A stretch of 64,000 nucleotides of DNA from Dehalococcoidia bacterium (GCA_963662435.1 OY759598.1:3132507-3196506), one strand, 5' to 3'. Counted from the first letter of the stretch, positions 10,860-24,035 are shown. Numbers and translations: made by a program. The notes: generated by a model from the sequence alone, not told the origin.

Positions 10860-11330
10860 GACAGTGCCAAGGTTGCATTCTGGTGAACGTAGGCCCCCTC
10901 TCCCGTTCGCGGGAGAGAGCTTGCCTGAGGGCAAATATTTCCGATCTCCCCCCGCAGGGGGCTGACAGGGGTAGGTAAAACGGATTTGTAGCTATGATCC
11001 GGCCCCGTATCCCTGTCATTCCGAGTGGAGCGAGGAATCTAAAATCCATAACCGCAAGACCGGACAGCCAGTGCTGTGCTTGTATCGTGACCAAGAGCGA
11101 AAACAGCGTAAGAGCTCCTTATGTCAGCCTTACCTTAAGACAGACACTTTAGATTCTTCGACTCCGCTACGCTCCGCTCAGAATGACAGGGCCGGGTTGC
11201 TTTCTGGTCAATGGAGAGTGGAGCGATAGGCAAATACCTACCCCTGTTAGCCCGCCGGGGGATAGATACAGAGAGGGGGTTCCCGCAGTTACTTGATAGC
11301 CTGTCGAAGGGCGAAACCACCGCTCAGGCC
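10860..11330. repeat. Cluster of REP-like palindromic elements
   Basis: GTCATTCCGAG...GAATCT and AGATTCTTC...AGAATGAC pair, CTCTCCCGTTCGCGGGAGAG, and GGGGGATAGATACAGAGAGGGG. Segments are shared with 16.9-17.1 kb. Confidence 0.8.
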
Positions 11331-11371
11331 CTTTGGTCGCGCCCGCAGCTTCAATACCCGCCGACGCGCCG

Positions 11372-11830
11372 CTAGAACCGCTTCTCAAACATCAAGACGT
11401 CGAAGCCGAGTCTCCTGCCGCTAGAGACCTCTTCGTACCCGGCCCTCGAGTACATGCTCCTCGCGGCGACCTGCCCAACTGTCGTATCCAACACCAACGT
11501 TCGGAAGCCCAACTCCCTCGCTCGCTCCTCCAGCGCTGACAGCATTTTCGTACCTAGGCCTCGACGCTGGAATTCGGGATGAACCCGCATCCGGCATATC
11601 TCTGCGCAGGCGTCCGAGAGGCGCTTGAGTGCCCCCATCGCGACGATGCGGCCGTCGATGGAACCCACATAGAACTCGCCGCCCGCCTCGATATACTCGG
11701 CTTCGATATGATGCAGGTCGTCGTCCCACGGACCGTTTCCCGCGTGCGCCCCGACTTCATTCAGCGCGACGTTGTGAAGTTCCCAGACCGGGTCGTGATC
11801 TGAGGGGCGGTACCGCCGGACCTCCATCAT
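11372..11830 (-). CDS. GNAT acetyltransferase
   Basis: Acetyl-CoA binding motif VHPEFQRRGLG and Y..AGY. Confidence 0.9.
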   Translation of the reverse strand: MMEVRRYRPSDHDPVWELHNVALNEVGAHAGNGPWDDDLHHIEAEYIEAGGEFYVGSIDGRIVAMGALKRLSDACAEICRMRVHPEFQRRGLGTKMLSALEERARELGFRTLVLDTTVGQVAARSMYSRAGYEEVSSGRRLGFDVLMFEKRF

Positions 11831-13161
11831 CGGACCGCCAGCCGCGCAATCTCGCCGGTGAAAGAGAGGACATATACCTCGCCATCCGGACCCTCGGCAA
11901 AGGAAGCTATCTGGAGGTCGGTGTCAGCGATCTTGGCCTGCTCGACCGCTCGACTGCCGTCGTAGCGCAATGCCCAGATATTCCCTGTGCAGAAATCTCC
12001 GTACACGTAGGCACCGACGAGCGACGGGATACGACTCCCACGATACACGTATCCGCCCGTCACCGAGCATCCGCCATCACGTCCGTACTCGGCCACCGGA
12101 GCCTCAAGCCCCTCGATGTCGCAGCCGGCGTTGCCGAAGCATGATGTCCCTTCCATGATGTTCCAGCCGTAGTTCGCTCCCTGCTTGATGATGTCGATCT
12201 CTTCCAACTTATTCTGCCCTACGTCTCCGGCCCAGAGATCGCCCGACTCTCGGTCGAACGAGAATCGCCACGGGTTACGAAGCCCATATGCCCAGATCTC
12301 CGGTCGAGCGCCTTCCACGCCCACGAAGGGGTTGTCTCGCGGCACAGCGTAGGAGCCGGTCTCGTCGAGGGTGCTTACGTCGATGCGAAGGATGGTGCCG
12401 AGTAGCGTGCCCAAATCTTGCCCATGCCCCCTCGGATCGCCTCCGCTGCCTCCGTCGCCAAGCCCGACATAGAGGTATCCGTCAGGCCCGAACGCGATGT
12501 GTCCGCCGTTGTGGTTCTGGAACGGCTGACCAATCTCCATGATGACCTTCTCGGAGTCGGGATCGGCGCTCGCAGCATCGGGCGACGCCTGGTACCGGGC
12601 GATGATGGAACGCCTTGGAGATGCGGCGGAGTAGTATACGTAGAAGTACCCATTGGTCATGTAATCAGGATCGAAGGCGAGGCCGAGAAGCCCCTCCTCG
12701 TTGCCTCGGTCGCTCACCCTGCCGCGTATGTCGAGAAACGTCTGCGGAGCCGATGGTTCCGGCACATTGTCGAATACCATGATCCTTCCCGGCTGTAGGA
12801 CGAGATATAGCCGCTCCGGCATCCCATCGGGCTGCGTCAGATACACCATGCGGTCGAACGAAATACTTGGGAAAGCTCTCCCCACTCGTACGCTTGGCAG
12901 TGAGACGCCAGAGGGAATCGGGGTCTTGGACTCGTCCATGTCAGTTCTGGGGGATAGGGGAGTCCCCGATTGGGTGGTAGCCACGCCCGTGGGTTCAGGG
13001 GTCTCCGATTCGAAGGTGGCGACGCTATCGGCCGTGGCGTACGGAGATGGGGTTGCCTCCTGCTCAGTCGAACATGCCGTCGCCATCACAGCGATGACGG
13101 CGAGGAGTGCCGTCCACAACCGTACTGAGGCAACCATGGCTGGTCCTCCGGCCCTATTCAT
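11827..13161 (-). CDS. PQQ-dependent soluble sugar dehydrogenase (GSDH family) lipoprotein
   Basis: EEGLLGLAFDP, NHNGG, GDGGSGGDP, YGLRNPWRFSFD and NYGW motifs, with a lipobox-like TACS. Confidence 0.88.
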   Translation of the reverse strand: MNRAGGPAMVASVRLWTALLAVIAVMATACSTEQEATPSPYATADSVATFESETPEPTGVATTQSGTPLSPRTDMDESKTPIPSGVSLPSVRVGRAFPSISFDRMVYLTQPDGMPERLYLVLQPGRIMVFDNVPEPSAPQTFLDIRGRVSDRGNEEGLLGLAFDPDYMTNGYFYVYYSAASPRRSIIARYQASPDAASADPDSEKVIMEIGQPFQNHNGGHIAFGPDGYLYVGLGDGGSGGDPRGHGQDLGTLLGTILRIDVSTLDETGSYAVPRDNPFVGVEGARPEIWAYGLRNPWRFSFDRESGDLWAGDVGQNKLEEIDIIKQGANYGWNIMEGTSCFGNAGCDIEGLEAPVAEYGRDGGCSVTGGYVYRGSRIPSLVGAYVYGDFCTGNIWALRYDGSRAVEQAKIADTDLQIASFAEGPDGEVYVLSFTGEIARLAVR

Positions 13162-14326
13162 TCACACGCTCCAGGAGTCCTCGATTCACAACGAACTGCG
13201 TCATCTTCGCGATGTACTCCGGCTCGATATCATTCACATCGGCGGTGGTTATGAATACCTGCGAATAGTGACAAATGCGTTCCATGACAAGGCGACGTCT
13301 GGGAGCGTCCAATTCCGAGAGCACGTCGTCGAGCAGCAATATCGGCTGTTGACCGCGAACTCCGCGCAGGTACTCTGCCTCCGCCATCTTCATGGCGAGG
13401 ACGGCCGTCCTCGCCTGTCCGCGAGACGCATAGAGGCCGACATCCATGCCGTCGAGGACGAGCTGGAAGTCGTCGCGATGGGGCCCGCAGACCGAGAATC
13501 CCTGTGCGATCTCGCGGGAGCGTACTTTCCCCAGCGCATCGCGAAGCGCCTCCTCAATGCTCCCAACATCGTTCCTCTCGCCGATATCGAAGCTCGGAAG
13601 ATAGACCAGTTCCAGCGTGTCGTCTTCGTCCGTAAGTGTCGAGTGGGTTGGGGCGGCCTCTGCGGACAGGGCTTCGAGCGCCTGGCGTCTTCGTGCCACC
13701 ACGACACCGCCCGAATTCACAAGTTCGCCGTCCCAGAACTCCAGGTCACCCGGGCGGGAATGGCCGCTCCTGATGCCCTTGAGCAGGTGATTGCGCTGTG
13801 TGACGACCCGCTGGTATCGCTGGATGGCGCGCAGGTACTCTCTGTCCACCTGCGATATGAGGATGTCCATGTAGCGCCGTCGGAGACCGGGCGGGCCGTA
13901 TACTATGTCGAGGTCCTGCGCGCTGAACATGACGGCGTTAATCTCGCCCACGAGTTCGGAAGCACGGCGGGGAATACCGTTGACCCGCACATACTTTTGG
14001 ACGTTGAGGCGGTTCTCCTCTTTGGCGCCGGCAGACTCGTCGAGGGTGTTCTTGAAATCGACCTGGACGCGTACAAGACCGTCCTCTCGTTGAACTACCG
14101 CGGCCACCTGCGAGAAGAACTCGACTCCCACCGACTCGCGACGGATGAGTTCACGTTCGGTCGAAGCGCGCTGCGACTTGGCTATGACGAGGAGATAAAG
14201 GGCCTCGAGGAGGTTGCTCTTGCCGTGCCCGTTGTTGCCATGAACGAGCACCATCCCCGGCCCCAAATCGACCTGCAGCCGCTCGTAGTTTCTTATGTTG
14301 AGCAGAGATATCTGGGAGAGATGTAT
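13154..14326 (-). CDS. recF: DNA replication/repair protein RecF (probable ATA start)
   Basis: GNNGHGKSNLLEA, GPHRDD, ASRGQ and LLLDDVLSELD motifs. The conserved N-terminal HLSQISLLNIRNY lies upstream of the called TTG start. Confidence 0.92.
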   Translation of the reverse strand: MHLSQISLLNIRNYERLQVDLGPGMVLVHGNNGHGKSNLLEALYLLVIAKSQRASTERELIRRESVGVEFFSQVAAVVQREDGLVRVQVDFKNTLDESAGAKEENRLNVQKYVRVNGIPRRASELVGEINAVMFSAQDLDIVYGPPGLRRRYMDILISQVDREYLRAIQRYQRVVTQRNHLLKGIRSGHSRPGDLEFWDGELVNSGGVVVARRRQALEALSAEAAPTHSTLTDEDDTLELVYLPSFDIGERNDVGSIEEALRDALGKVRSREIAQGFSVCGPHRDDFQLVLDGMDVGLYASRGQARTAVLAMKMAEAEYLRGVRGQQPILLLDDVLSELDAPRRRLVMERICHYSQVFITTADVNDIEPEYIAKMTQFVVNRGLLERVNE

Positions 14327-14350
14327 GTCAGAGCCTCTTGAACCTGGACG

Positions 14351-17110
<2,760 letters not shown>

Positions 17111-17225
17111 CACCGGAAAGGCCTTGGAACGCCGTCGAAACACTGGACGGCCTTTCGAAGCCATAGCTATACTGAATGTCTCGTACCGAGACTCTCACTC
17201 AGATGTCCACCGGAAAGGCGCTCGA

Positions 17226-18155
17226 TTGCCCCCGTCAGATGAGTACATAGAATTTGTCAGCAAGCACCCGTCGCTGTTGGCCATCGGTAACACACCCTTG
17301 GTGCGGCTCGACCTCCAAGCCGACATCGGAGATGCCAGGGTCTCGGCCAAGTATGAGCATCTCAACCCCGGTGGTTCTATCAAGGATCGCCCCGTCCTTA
17401 GGATGCTGGTGGAGGCCATCCTGGCCGGTGACCTGACACCGGACCAGACGATTCTCGACGCAACATCGGGCAATGCGGGCATCGCCTACGCGATGATTGG
17501 AGCAGTGCTCGGATACAAGGTCGAGTTGGTTATGCCGGAGAACGCCAGTGAGGAGCGCAAGAAGCGGCTCCGAGCCCACGGTGCCGAGATAGTCTTCACC
17601 GATCCCATGCTCGGATACGACGAGAGTCTCTACGAGGTGAAGCGCCGCTACGACACCGACCCTGACAAGTACTTCTGGTGCGACCAGTACTCCAACCAGA
17701 ACAACCCTCTCGCGCACTACGAGACCACCGCGGAGGAGATCCTCTCCCAGGCTGCGGACTTGACCCATTTTGTCGCAGGAGTCGGCACGGGCGGGACCAT
17801 CAGCGGTGTGGGCAAGCGACTCAAGGAACACGACTCCAACATCGAGATCGTCGGCATCAACCCGCCAGTATGGCCCGGGGTGGAGGGACTGAAGCACCTT
17901 GGTGAGGGACACATCGTGCCTCAAACGTTCCATGAAGAGTACGTCGACCGCATGATAGATATCGACGTGGACGCTTCATTCGAGATGTCGCTGGAGATGT
18001 CGGAGCGTGGTCTGTTCGCGGGTCAGTCGTCGGGTGCCTATGTATGGGCGGCCTTCCACGTTGCTGGAGCGGCGCGGTCCGGCCACGTGGTCACGATATT
18101 CAACGATATCGGTGAGCGCTACTTCTCGACCGGCATGTGGGACGGAAGCGCCTGA
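17226..18155 (+). CDS. PLP-dependent cysteine synthase (CysM/CysK family)
   Basis: IGNTPLV, NPGGSIKDR, TSGNAG and GVGTGGT motifs. TTG start inferred from upstream GAAAGG. Confidence 0.9.
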   Translation: MPPSDEYIEFVSKHPSLLAIGNTPLVRLDLQADIGDARVSAKYEHLNPGGSIKDRPVLRMLVEAILAGDLTPDQTILDATSGNAGIAYAMIGAVLGYKVELVMPENASEERKKRLRAHGAEIVFTDPMLGYDESLYEVKRRYDTDPDKYFWCDQYSNQNNPLAHYETTAEEILSQAADLTHFVAGVGTGGTISGVGKRLKEHDSNIEIVGINPPVWPGVEGLKHLGEGHIVPQTFHEEYVDRMIDIDVDASFEMSLEMSERGLFAGQSSGAYVWAAFHVAGAARSGHVVTIFNDIGERYFSTGMWDGSA

Positions 18156-18204
18156 GACTTCCCTCCATCCGCGCCTTCCGCACGTCCGAGTAACAACCGC
18201 GCCG

Positions 18205-18537
18205 TCAGGCGACCACGCTTGTGCCAAGCAGGTCCTCGGAGTTCCATTCGTCCTCGAACACCATGATCTCGTCCCAGCGGTCGAGGATTGGAGCGTATTC
18301 CTTATACCAGGCTTCGTAGTAGTCTGAGCCGGTCGTCTCTTCCCATTGCTCGCGACTTTCCCAATACTGCAGGGCAAGATAGGATCGGGTGCCCTCGATA
18401 CGTAAGAGTCCTAGCCTGAGGCAGCCTTGCAGTTTCCTGAAGTGAGGCACGATATCGTCGCGTACGACTTCCACCAGCTCCGATTCTTCTCGACCCATGC
18501 GGAGAGACCAGCGCTTGTAGGTAATGAAATTCGCCAT
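18205..18537 (-). CDS. Small ABM-like (dimeric alpha-beta barrel) hypothetical protein
   Basis: 110 aa with pattern ...YWESREQW... Fold call is tentative. Confidence 0.55.
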   Translation of the reverse strand: MANFITYKRWSLRMGREESELVEVVRDDIVPHFRKLQGCLRLGLLRIEGTRSYLALQYWESREQWEETTGSDYYEAWYKEYAPILDRWDEIMVFEDEWNSEDLLGTSVVA

Positions 18538-18738
18538 TTCGGTCGGAATTTAGCCGATACAAAGGCTCTGGGGCAACGAGGTGGTTGCCCGATTGCGAGA
18601 CTGCTATGAAGCGAAAGCGTGAAACCTGCTTTTGGGCGTTGACATAGCAAACCGTTTTTCACTAAACTTTCAATGTGAATCGAGTGTTGTACGGCAATGC
18701 AGGCACGGATAGCTAGAATTCTCTGACGAGGTAAGGCT

Positions 18739-19173
18739 ATGGTTGGCGAGAACTCAGTCCCTTCCAATGCAGACCTAGCGGTCGAAAAGAATAACGAGGG
18801 CGTATCACGATTCAAGGCTGGCGACTTGGCCGGTGCAGCCAGGGCGTTCAATGACGCGTTGCAGTTCGACTCTTCGCTTGATGAAGCTCGGGAAAACCGC
18901 GACATGGCGATCAGCCGGTTGGGCTATGACCCGCTCACCGAGGACCGCGATACCGAAGCTAGGCGGCGACAGAAAGACTTCGATGTTGACTCTGGTGGCG
19001 AGACGCTGGAGCGTCTCATCCAGTATGCCCTCTACGCCTTCGCCGCAGTGATCGGCATAGCGCTGATGATCGGCATCTATGCAATTCTCGGCCCGGTCGG
19101 CATCATCCTTCTCGTGGTCGGCTCGCTGTTCGTCTGGGCGATCAAGTGGAGTTGGCTGTTCTTGGTCAAGTGA
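18739..19173 (+). CDS. Single-TPR membrane protein
   Basis: TPR-like NNEGV...A..AFNDAL..D followed by two hydrophobic helices. Confidence 0.65.
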   Translation: MVGENSVPSNADLAVEKNNEGVSRFKAGDLAGAARAFNDALQFDSSLDEARENRDMAISRLGYDPLTEDRDTEARRRQKDFDVDSGGETLERLIQYALYAFAAVIGIALMIGIYAILGPVGIILLVVGSLFVWAIKWSWLFLVK

Positions 19174-19232
19174 GCCCAACCGATTCCGGTTGTCTCCGAT
19201 CGGCCCTCTTGAGGCGCTGAACTCACAGAGCA

Positions 19233-19811
19233 TCAGCCCTCAATGGGGTCAATGAGGCCATAGTCGCCGTCTTCACGTTGATACACGACGCTGTAGCTTC
19301 CCGTCTCCACGTTGCGGAACAGGTAGAAGCTGTGATTCAACAGTTCCATCTCGGCAATCGCGTCGTCGACTGTCATGCTTACCATGGGGAAGCGCTTCCG
19401 CCGTACTACCTTGATGGGCATGTCTTCCATCTCGTCCGGTGACGGCGCCTCCTCGTCCGGCTCCGGGACAAGACCGTCCGGAAGGTCCCTGAGTGACTTG
19501 CGTTGCTGATTGGACCGATATCGACGTCCCTTGTACCTTCGTATCTGCCGGTCCATCACGTCGACAGCCGTATCGACGGCCTCTCTGACGGTCGAACCGC
19601 GTCGTTGCGCGCGCAGCACCTGGCCCTTAACCGACAGCGTTATTTGAACGGCGATCCGGTCCTCTCCAGCTCGAGACGACGTTCTCTTGATTTCCGCCGT
19701 GGCGTCCATCATTTGAGGCAAGTGCCTGGATAGACGATTGAATTTCTTGTCTACGTAGTTCTGGATATTGTCCGAAATGTCGACGTTTCTACCATGGATC
19801 TTGATGTCCAA
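19233..19811 (-). CDS. hpf: Ribosome hibernation promoting factor (long HPF)
   Basis: S30AE domain (IHGRNV...DRQIRRYK) plus C-terminal VVRRKRF...EMELLNHSFYLF...DYGLI. Confidence 0.92.
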   Translation of the reverse strand: MDIKIHGRNVDISDNIQNYVDKKFNRLSRHLPQMMDATAEIKRTSSRAGEDRIAVQITLSVKGQVLRAQRRGSTVREAVDTAVDVMDRQIRRYKGRRYRSNQQRKSLRDLPDGLVPEPDEEAPSPDEMEDMPIKVVRRKRFPMVSMTVDDAIAEMELLNHSFYLFRNVETGSYSVVYQREDGDYGLIDPIEG

Positions 19812-19865
19812 AATTCCCTCCGGTTGTAGGTGGAGCTATGTGGTCAATAGAGTGTGCCGGACCGA

Positions 19866-21017
19866 TTACGGACCTTCGTCCGTATACTGCCTGATGTTCT
19901 TCTTCCCGACGCTGATGTTCGCCCTTCGTTCGAGTTCGCTCTCGTCGAGGTCCACCCCAAGCCCGGGCGAATCCGGCAGTCGGATGTATCCATCCTCAAC
20001 CTGCGGCCATGTCAACGAGATGCTCTCGACCGCGGGCTCGAAGTTCACCCAGTACTCGGTGATGACGAAGTTTGGGATACACGCTGAAACGTGGACCGTC
20101 GATGCCAGCGCAACGCCCACGCTGTTGTAGTTGTGCGGGGAGACGCCCACGTAGTACGGCTCGGCCATGGCTGCAATCTCCTTCGTTTCGAGAATGCCGC
20201 CCGTGTTGCAGACGTCAGGGTTGATGATGTCTACGGCGCGCTTTTCGAACAGCTCCCGGAATGCTGCCTTGGTGTACAGAGTCTCTCCGGCGACTATCGG
20301 AATGTCGGTACGACTTCTCACCTCGGCGAGGGCATCAACGTTCTCGGCGGGGCAGGGCTCCTCGAACCAGAACGGATCGACCTCTCTGATTGCATCCGCC
20401 ACGCGAACGGCGTGCATGGGGGCCAGCCTTCGATGTACCTCGATTAGGAGATCTATGTCCGGCCCCACGGCTTCTCGAACTGCGTATACCGTGTCTATCG
20501 CCGCCTTCTCCTCCTCACGGGAGATGTACAGCCGCCAGGGCCCTGGGAATGGATCGAACTTCAGGGCCGTGAATCCCCTATCCACCATCTGCTTGGCGGC
20601 TTCGGCGTACTCTGCCGGGCTCTCGGTCTCATCCGACCATCCGTTGGCATAGACGCGAATCTTTTCGCGACACGCCCCGCCCAGCAGATCGAACACCGGC
20701 ACTCCCAGGCTCTTACCCACAATGTCCCACATGGCCTGCTCGATGGCGCTCAGCGCGGACCAGAAGTCCATCGCCCCGCGCTTGGCCGCAAAGTCCTCGT
20801 ATGCCACCTGGGAGAAGTGCTTGATGTTGAACGGACTTCGCCCGATCAGGTAATGACCGAGGCGCTCTACGTGGGCGGTAACTGATGTGTCCCTGTCGGT
20901 CTGAGTGTAGGCCTCTCCCCAACCATAGGTCCCGTCGTCGGTCTCGACCCTTACAAACACCAGGTTCTTCGGCGCGTCGGCGTTGACGATGTAGCTTCGT
21001 ACGTTTGCGACCTTCAA
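19866..21017 (-). CDS. Galactonate dehydratase-like enolase superfamily enzyme
   Basis: GWGEA, SAIEQAMWDI.GK, ALKFDPF, FEEP and PHN motifs. TTG start inferred. Confidence 0.85.
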   Translation of the reverse strand: MKVANVRSYIVNADAPKNLVFVRVETDDGTYGWGEAYTQTDRDTSVTAHVERLGHYLIGRSPFNIKHFSQVAYEDFAAKRGAMDFWSALSAIEQAMWDIVGKSLGVPVFDLLGGACREKIRVYANGWSDETESPAEYAEAAKQMVDRGFTALKFDPFPGPWRLYISREEEKAAIDTVYAVREAVGPDIDLLIEVHRRLAPMHAVRVADAIREVDPFWFEEPCPAENVDALAEVRSRTDIPIVAGETLYTKAAFRELFEKRAVDIINPDVCNTGGILETKEIAAMAEPYYVGVSPHNYNSVGVALASTVHVSACIPNFVITEYWVNFEPAVESISLTWPQVEDGYIRLPDSPGLGVDLDESELERRANISVGKKNIRQYTDEGP

Positions 21018-21175
21018 GTAGTCCCTCAACCCGCGTTGCGATTGTCCCCACACAGTCTCATGGTAGCATCACATGGCCATTCTGCACGAGTAAGAAGCGG
21101 CTGTGCGAGGAAACTTCCCTCGGCGGAGTAAAGTGCAGGAATCTTAAGCAGCGACCACGTTCCGCCCAGCGATTA

Positions 21176-21184
21176 TGGTATAAT
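21176..21184 (+). promoter_or_regulatory. Extended -10 promoter (TGnTATAAT) for tRNA-Ile
   Basis: TGGTATAAT ends 27 nt upstream of the tRNA. Confidence 0.6.
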
Positions 21185-21211
21185 CGGAAGCCCCTACCCC
21201 GTGTAGCGTTT

Positions 21212-21288
21212 GGGCCAATAGCTCAGCCGGTTAGAGCGCAGTCCTGATAAGACTGAGGTCCCTGGTTCGAGTCCAGGTTGGCCCACCA
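21212..21288 (+). tRNA. tRNA-Ile(GAT), probable ICE integration site
   Basis: GGGCCAA/TTGGCCC acceptor stem, D arm, anticodon stem CAGTC/GACTG with loop CTGATAA, T-loop GTTCGA and encoded CCA. Confidence 0.97.
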
Positions 21289-22865
21289 TTTTTGACGGTA
21301 GACAGAACCGAGCCGTTCAGGGCCATCTCCTCGGCGTCCTTCCCTCCTACGGGACCATCCTGAGGCATGGGGATGGTGTACCGCAGGAGGGCGTTGTCGG
21401 GCATCACGACGATCTCCTTGACGAAGGACTCTATGAAGGCCCTGCGCTCGGTCAACTCGCTCTCGTTGAGGAACTCGCTCATGTCCTGGGCGTAGGCCGC
21501 GATGGTCTCCACGTCGTCCAGCACCTCCCTGCGTTGGGAGAGGATAGTCCTGGCCTCTGCCGCTGCATCCTCAAGGCGCTGCTGTCGCTCCCGATGCTCC
21601 CTGATGCGGTCCGAGGCGTCGGCCATGTCGAGGTCGGTGTTCTCCACCAGGTGCCAGACGCGGCTCAGCTTGCGCTTGACCTCCTCAAGCTCCGTCTCAA
21701 TGGTCTCCAGTTTCTGGCGCTGCTCACTCGCCACGCCGTCCATCTCCTCGTCCACGATCTTGACCAGTTCGGTGATGTTGGACTCGGTGAGCACGTTCTC
21801 CCGTATCTTCCCCACCACCATCTCCTCGAAGCGTCGGGCATTGAGCCTGGGGGTTTCGCAGGCGTCCTTGCCCCGCTTCATGATGGACTGGCAGACGTAG
21901 TAGGCGAACTGTCCGCTCTTGGCGTCCTGGCCGGAGAGCGCCCTGTTGCAGGACTTGCAGCGGACCAGGCCGCTGAGAAGGTAGGTGCTTCCCACCCTGC
22001 GGGGATGCGTCCTCTTCGGGGCGCGGGAGCGCATCAGCCTGTTGACACGCTTGAACTGGGCCTTTGAAACGATGGGCGGGAAAGCCTTCTCGATCCGCAC
22101 CGGGTCGGCCTTGCCCTTGCCGGTAGCGCCCCAGAGAAGAGTTCCCGTGTAGACCTCGTTCTTGAGGATGAAGTGGACGCCGTTCTTGGACCAGAGCTTG
22201 CCGGTGGCGCTGGCGATGCCCTCGCTGTTGAGCGTTCGAGTGATCTCGGTCATCCCCGTGGCTGCCTCGGCCATGTCGAAGATGCGCTTGACGACGGGGG
22301 AGGTGTCCGGGTCGATTTCGAGGGTGGGTCTCTTCTTGGCCCCATCCTGCACCATGACGCGGTTGTAGCCGTAGGGCGTCCTGCTGGCGACCCAGAAGCC
22401 GCGTGAGGCCGCCTCCCGCATCCCCCGCCGGACCTCCTCGGCAAGATTTTCCGAGTAGAACTCGTCTACGGACTCGATGATTCCCTCAAGCAGTCTACCG
22501 GTGGCGGTGTCCTCGGCCTGCTCGGTGATTGAGACGACGCGAACACCCTTGCGCCTGAGCATGGACTTGAAGGCGACGGCGTGCTCTCGCTTGCGAGTGA
22601 ATCTACTAAATTTCCAGACGAGAATCTCTCTAAACGGCGCCTCTGGCTTGGCGGCCTCGTCGATCATCTTGCGGAACTCCGGGCGGTCGGCGACGCGTCC
22701 GCTCTCGGCCTCGTCCACGTACTCGCGGGCGACGGAGTAGCCGTTCTTTTCGGCGTAATCCCTGAGCGCCCTTAGCTGTGCGGACACGGACAGGTCCACG
22801 TCCTGGCGGTCACTGGAGACCCTGGCGTAGAGGGCCACGGGGGTGTAGTCGGCTCGTTCGTTCAT
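21231..22865 (-). CDS. Large serine recombinase (integrase)
   Basis: YARVSS catalytic motif, WKFSRFTR, recombinase domain, zinc ribbon (LLSGLVRCKSC...YYVC...C) and coiled coil. RBS GGAGG before ATG 22865. Confidence 0.95.
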   Translation of the reverse strand: MNERADYTPVALYARVSSDRQDVDLSVSAQLRALRDYAEKNGYSVAREYVDEAESGRVADRPEFRKMIDEAAKPEAPFREILVWKFSRFTRKREHAVAFKSMLRRKGVRVVSITEQAEDTATGRLLEGIIESVDEFYSENLAEEVRRGMREAASRGFWVASRTPYGYNRVMVQDGAKKRPTLEIDPDTSPVVKRIFDMAEAATGMTEITRTLNSEGIASATGKLWSKNGVHFILKNEVYTGTLLWGATGKGKADPVRIEKAFPPIVSKAQFKRVNRLMRSRAPKRTHPRRVGSTYLLSGLVRCKSCNRALSGQDAKSGQFAYYVCQSIMKRGKDACETPRLNARRFEEMVVGKIRENVLTESNITELVKIVDEEMDGVASEQRQKLETIETELEEVKRKLSRVWHLVENTDLDMADASDRIREHRERQQRLEDAAAEARTILSQRREVLDDVETIAAYAQDMSEFLNESELTERRAFIESFVKEIVVMPDNALLRYTIPMPQDGPVGGKDAEEMALNGSVLSTVKNGGPTWTRTRDLSLIRTAL

Positions 22866-22882
22866 CTGAGTGTCCTCCTTGT

Positions 22883-23080
22883 TCAATCCTGTTGGGCCTG
22901 ACCCGAAAGTCGGCGCACCGTCCGTTCCTTGATGCGCCACTCGCGCTCCTCCATGTAGAGGCGGATGGCCTCCCGCAGAAGCTCGCTCACGGTACGCTGC
23001 TCCTCCCTGACCACCTCCCTCACGCGCTGGGCCAACTCCGGCGGCAGTGAGAACGTGATGGTGTCGGTGGTCCTGGGCAT
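22883..23080 (-). CDS. CopG/ribbon-helix-helix DNA-binding protein
   Basis: TITFSLPPELAQRV...TVSELLREAIRLY. GGGAGG RBS. Confidence 0.8.
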   Translation of the reverse strand: MPRTTDTITFSLPPELAQRVREVVREEQRTVSELLREAIRLYMEEREWRIKERTVRRLSGQAQQD

Positions 23081-23188
23081 GGCCTCCCCCCTTTTTGCCT
23101 TTCGTGGTAGCGCTCAGTCTTACTCTTATCGTGAACGAATCGAGGTGTCTCCGTCAAGCCTCGCGCCTCTGTTTCGGACAGTCTAAAC

Positions 23189-23998
23189 ATGGTAAAATGG
23201 GGGCAAGACATTACTACGGCGAGGTTCATCCTGTTGAGGACTCTCAAGCTGTCTCTCTGGAAGCTGCTACTGGCGATCATGGTCGCTGCGCTGGCGGCTG
23301 CGTCGCTCGCGTGCAGTGACGACACGGAGCCCGTGCTGTTGGCCACCGAGGGCGACTACCACCCCTTCAACTTCATCAACGACGACGGCGAGATCGACGG
23401 GTTGGAGCGCGAGCTCGGGGACGAGTTGTGCCGCAGGGCCGATCTTGAGTGCGAGTGGGTGCTGAATGACTGGGAGAGCATGATCCCGGACCTGGTGGCG
23501 GGGGAGTTCGACGCCATCATGGCCGGTATGAGCATCACTGACAAGCGCGACATGACCATCGACTTCACCGAGCCATACTACCCTCCCACTCCGTCGGTCT
23601 ATCTGGCCCTTGAAGGAGCGGGCGACAAGGCCGTTGAGGGTCGGCTGGGAGCCTACGCCAACACCATCTACTCGGACTACTTCACGGAACGGGGCATTGC
23701 GTACACGGAGTTCAGCGACGAGGACGACCGGCTGGCGGCGCTGTTGAAAGGCGACATAGACGCGATGCTGGTGGACCACGCCTATGGCACGGAGAAGCTC
23801 TCGGAGTACGAGGGGCGTCTGTCCGTCGTCGGCCCCTCCGTGCTGCTGGACCGGGGCATAGGGATAGGCGTGCGCAACAACAACGACCTGCTGGCGAAGC
23901 TGAACTCGGCTCTGGCCGAGATGAAAGCCGACGGCACTCTGAACGAGCTCATCCGCAAGTGGGTTGGCGAGGACGCCTCGACCTTCCAGCCGGTCTAA
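23189..23998 (+). CDS. Polar amino-acid ABC substrate-binding lipoprotein (orphan)
   Basis: ATEGDYHPFNF, DAIMAGMSIT, IDFTEPYY and DGT...KW motifs, LAC lipobox. Start uncertain. Confidence 0.88.
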   Translation: MVKWGQDITTARFILLRTLKLSLWKLLLAIMVAALAAASLACSDDTEPVLLATEGDYHPFNFINDDGEIDGLERELGDELCRRADLECEWVLNDWESMIPDLVAGEFDAIMAGMSITDKRDMTIDFTEPYYPPTPSVYLALEGAGDKAVEGRLGAYANTIYSDYFTERGIAYTEFSDEDDRLAALLKGDIDAMLVDHAYGTEKLSEYEGRLSVVGPSVLLDRGIGIGVRNNNDLLAKLNSALAEMKADGTLNELIRKWVGEDASTFQPV

Positions 23999-24035
23999 GC
24001 TCGCGATTCGCGCACTCCTGCGCCGGTCGTTAGGC

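Noticed and set aside
12701..14341. Long antisense ORFs (e.g. 12701-14341, 50368-51936, 36713-38053)
   Set aside because: They are shadows of real genes on the opposite strand in high-GC DNA and carry no recognisable motifs.
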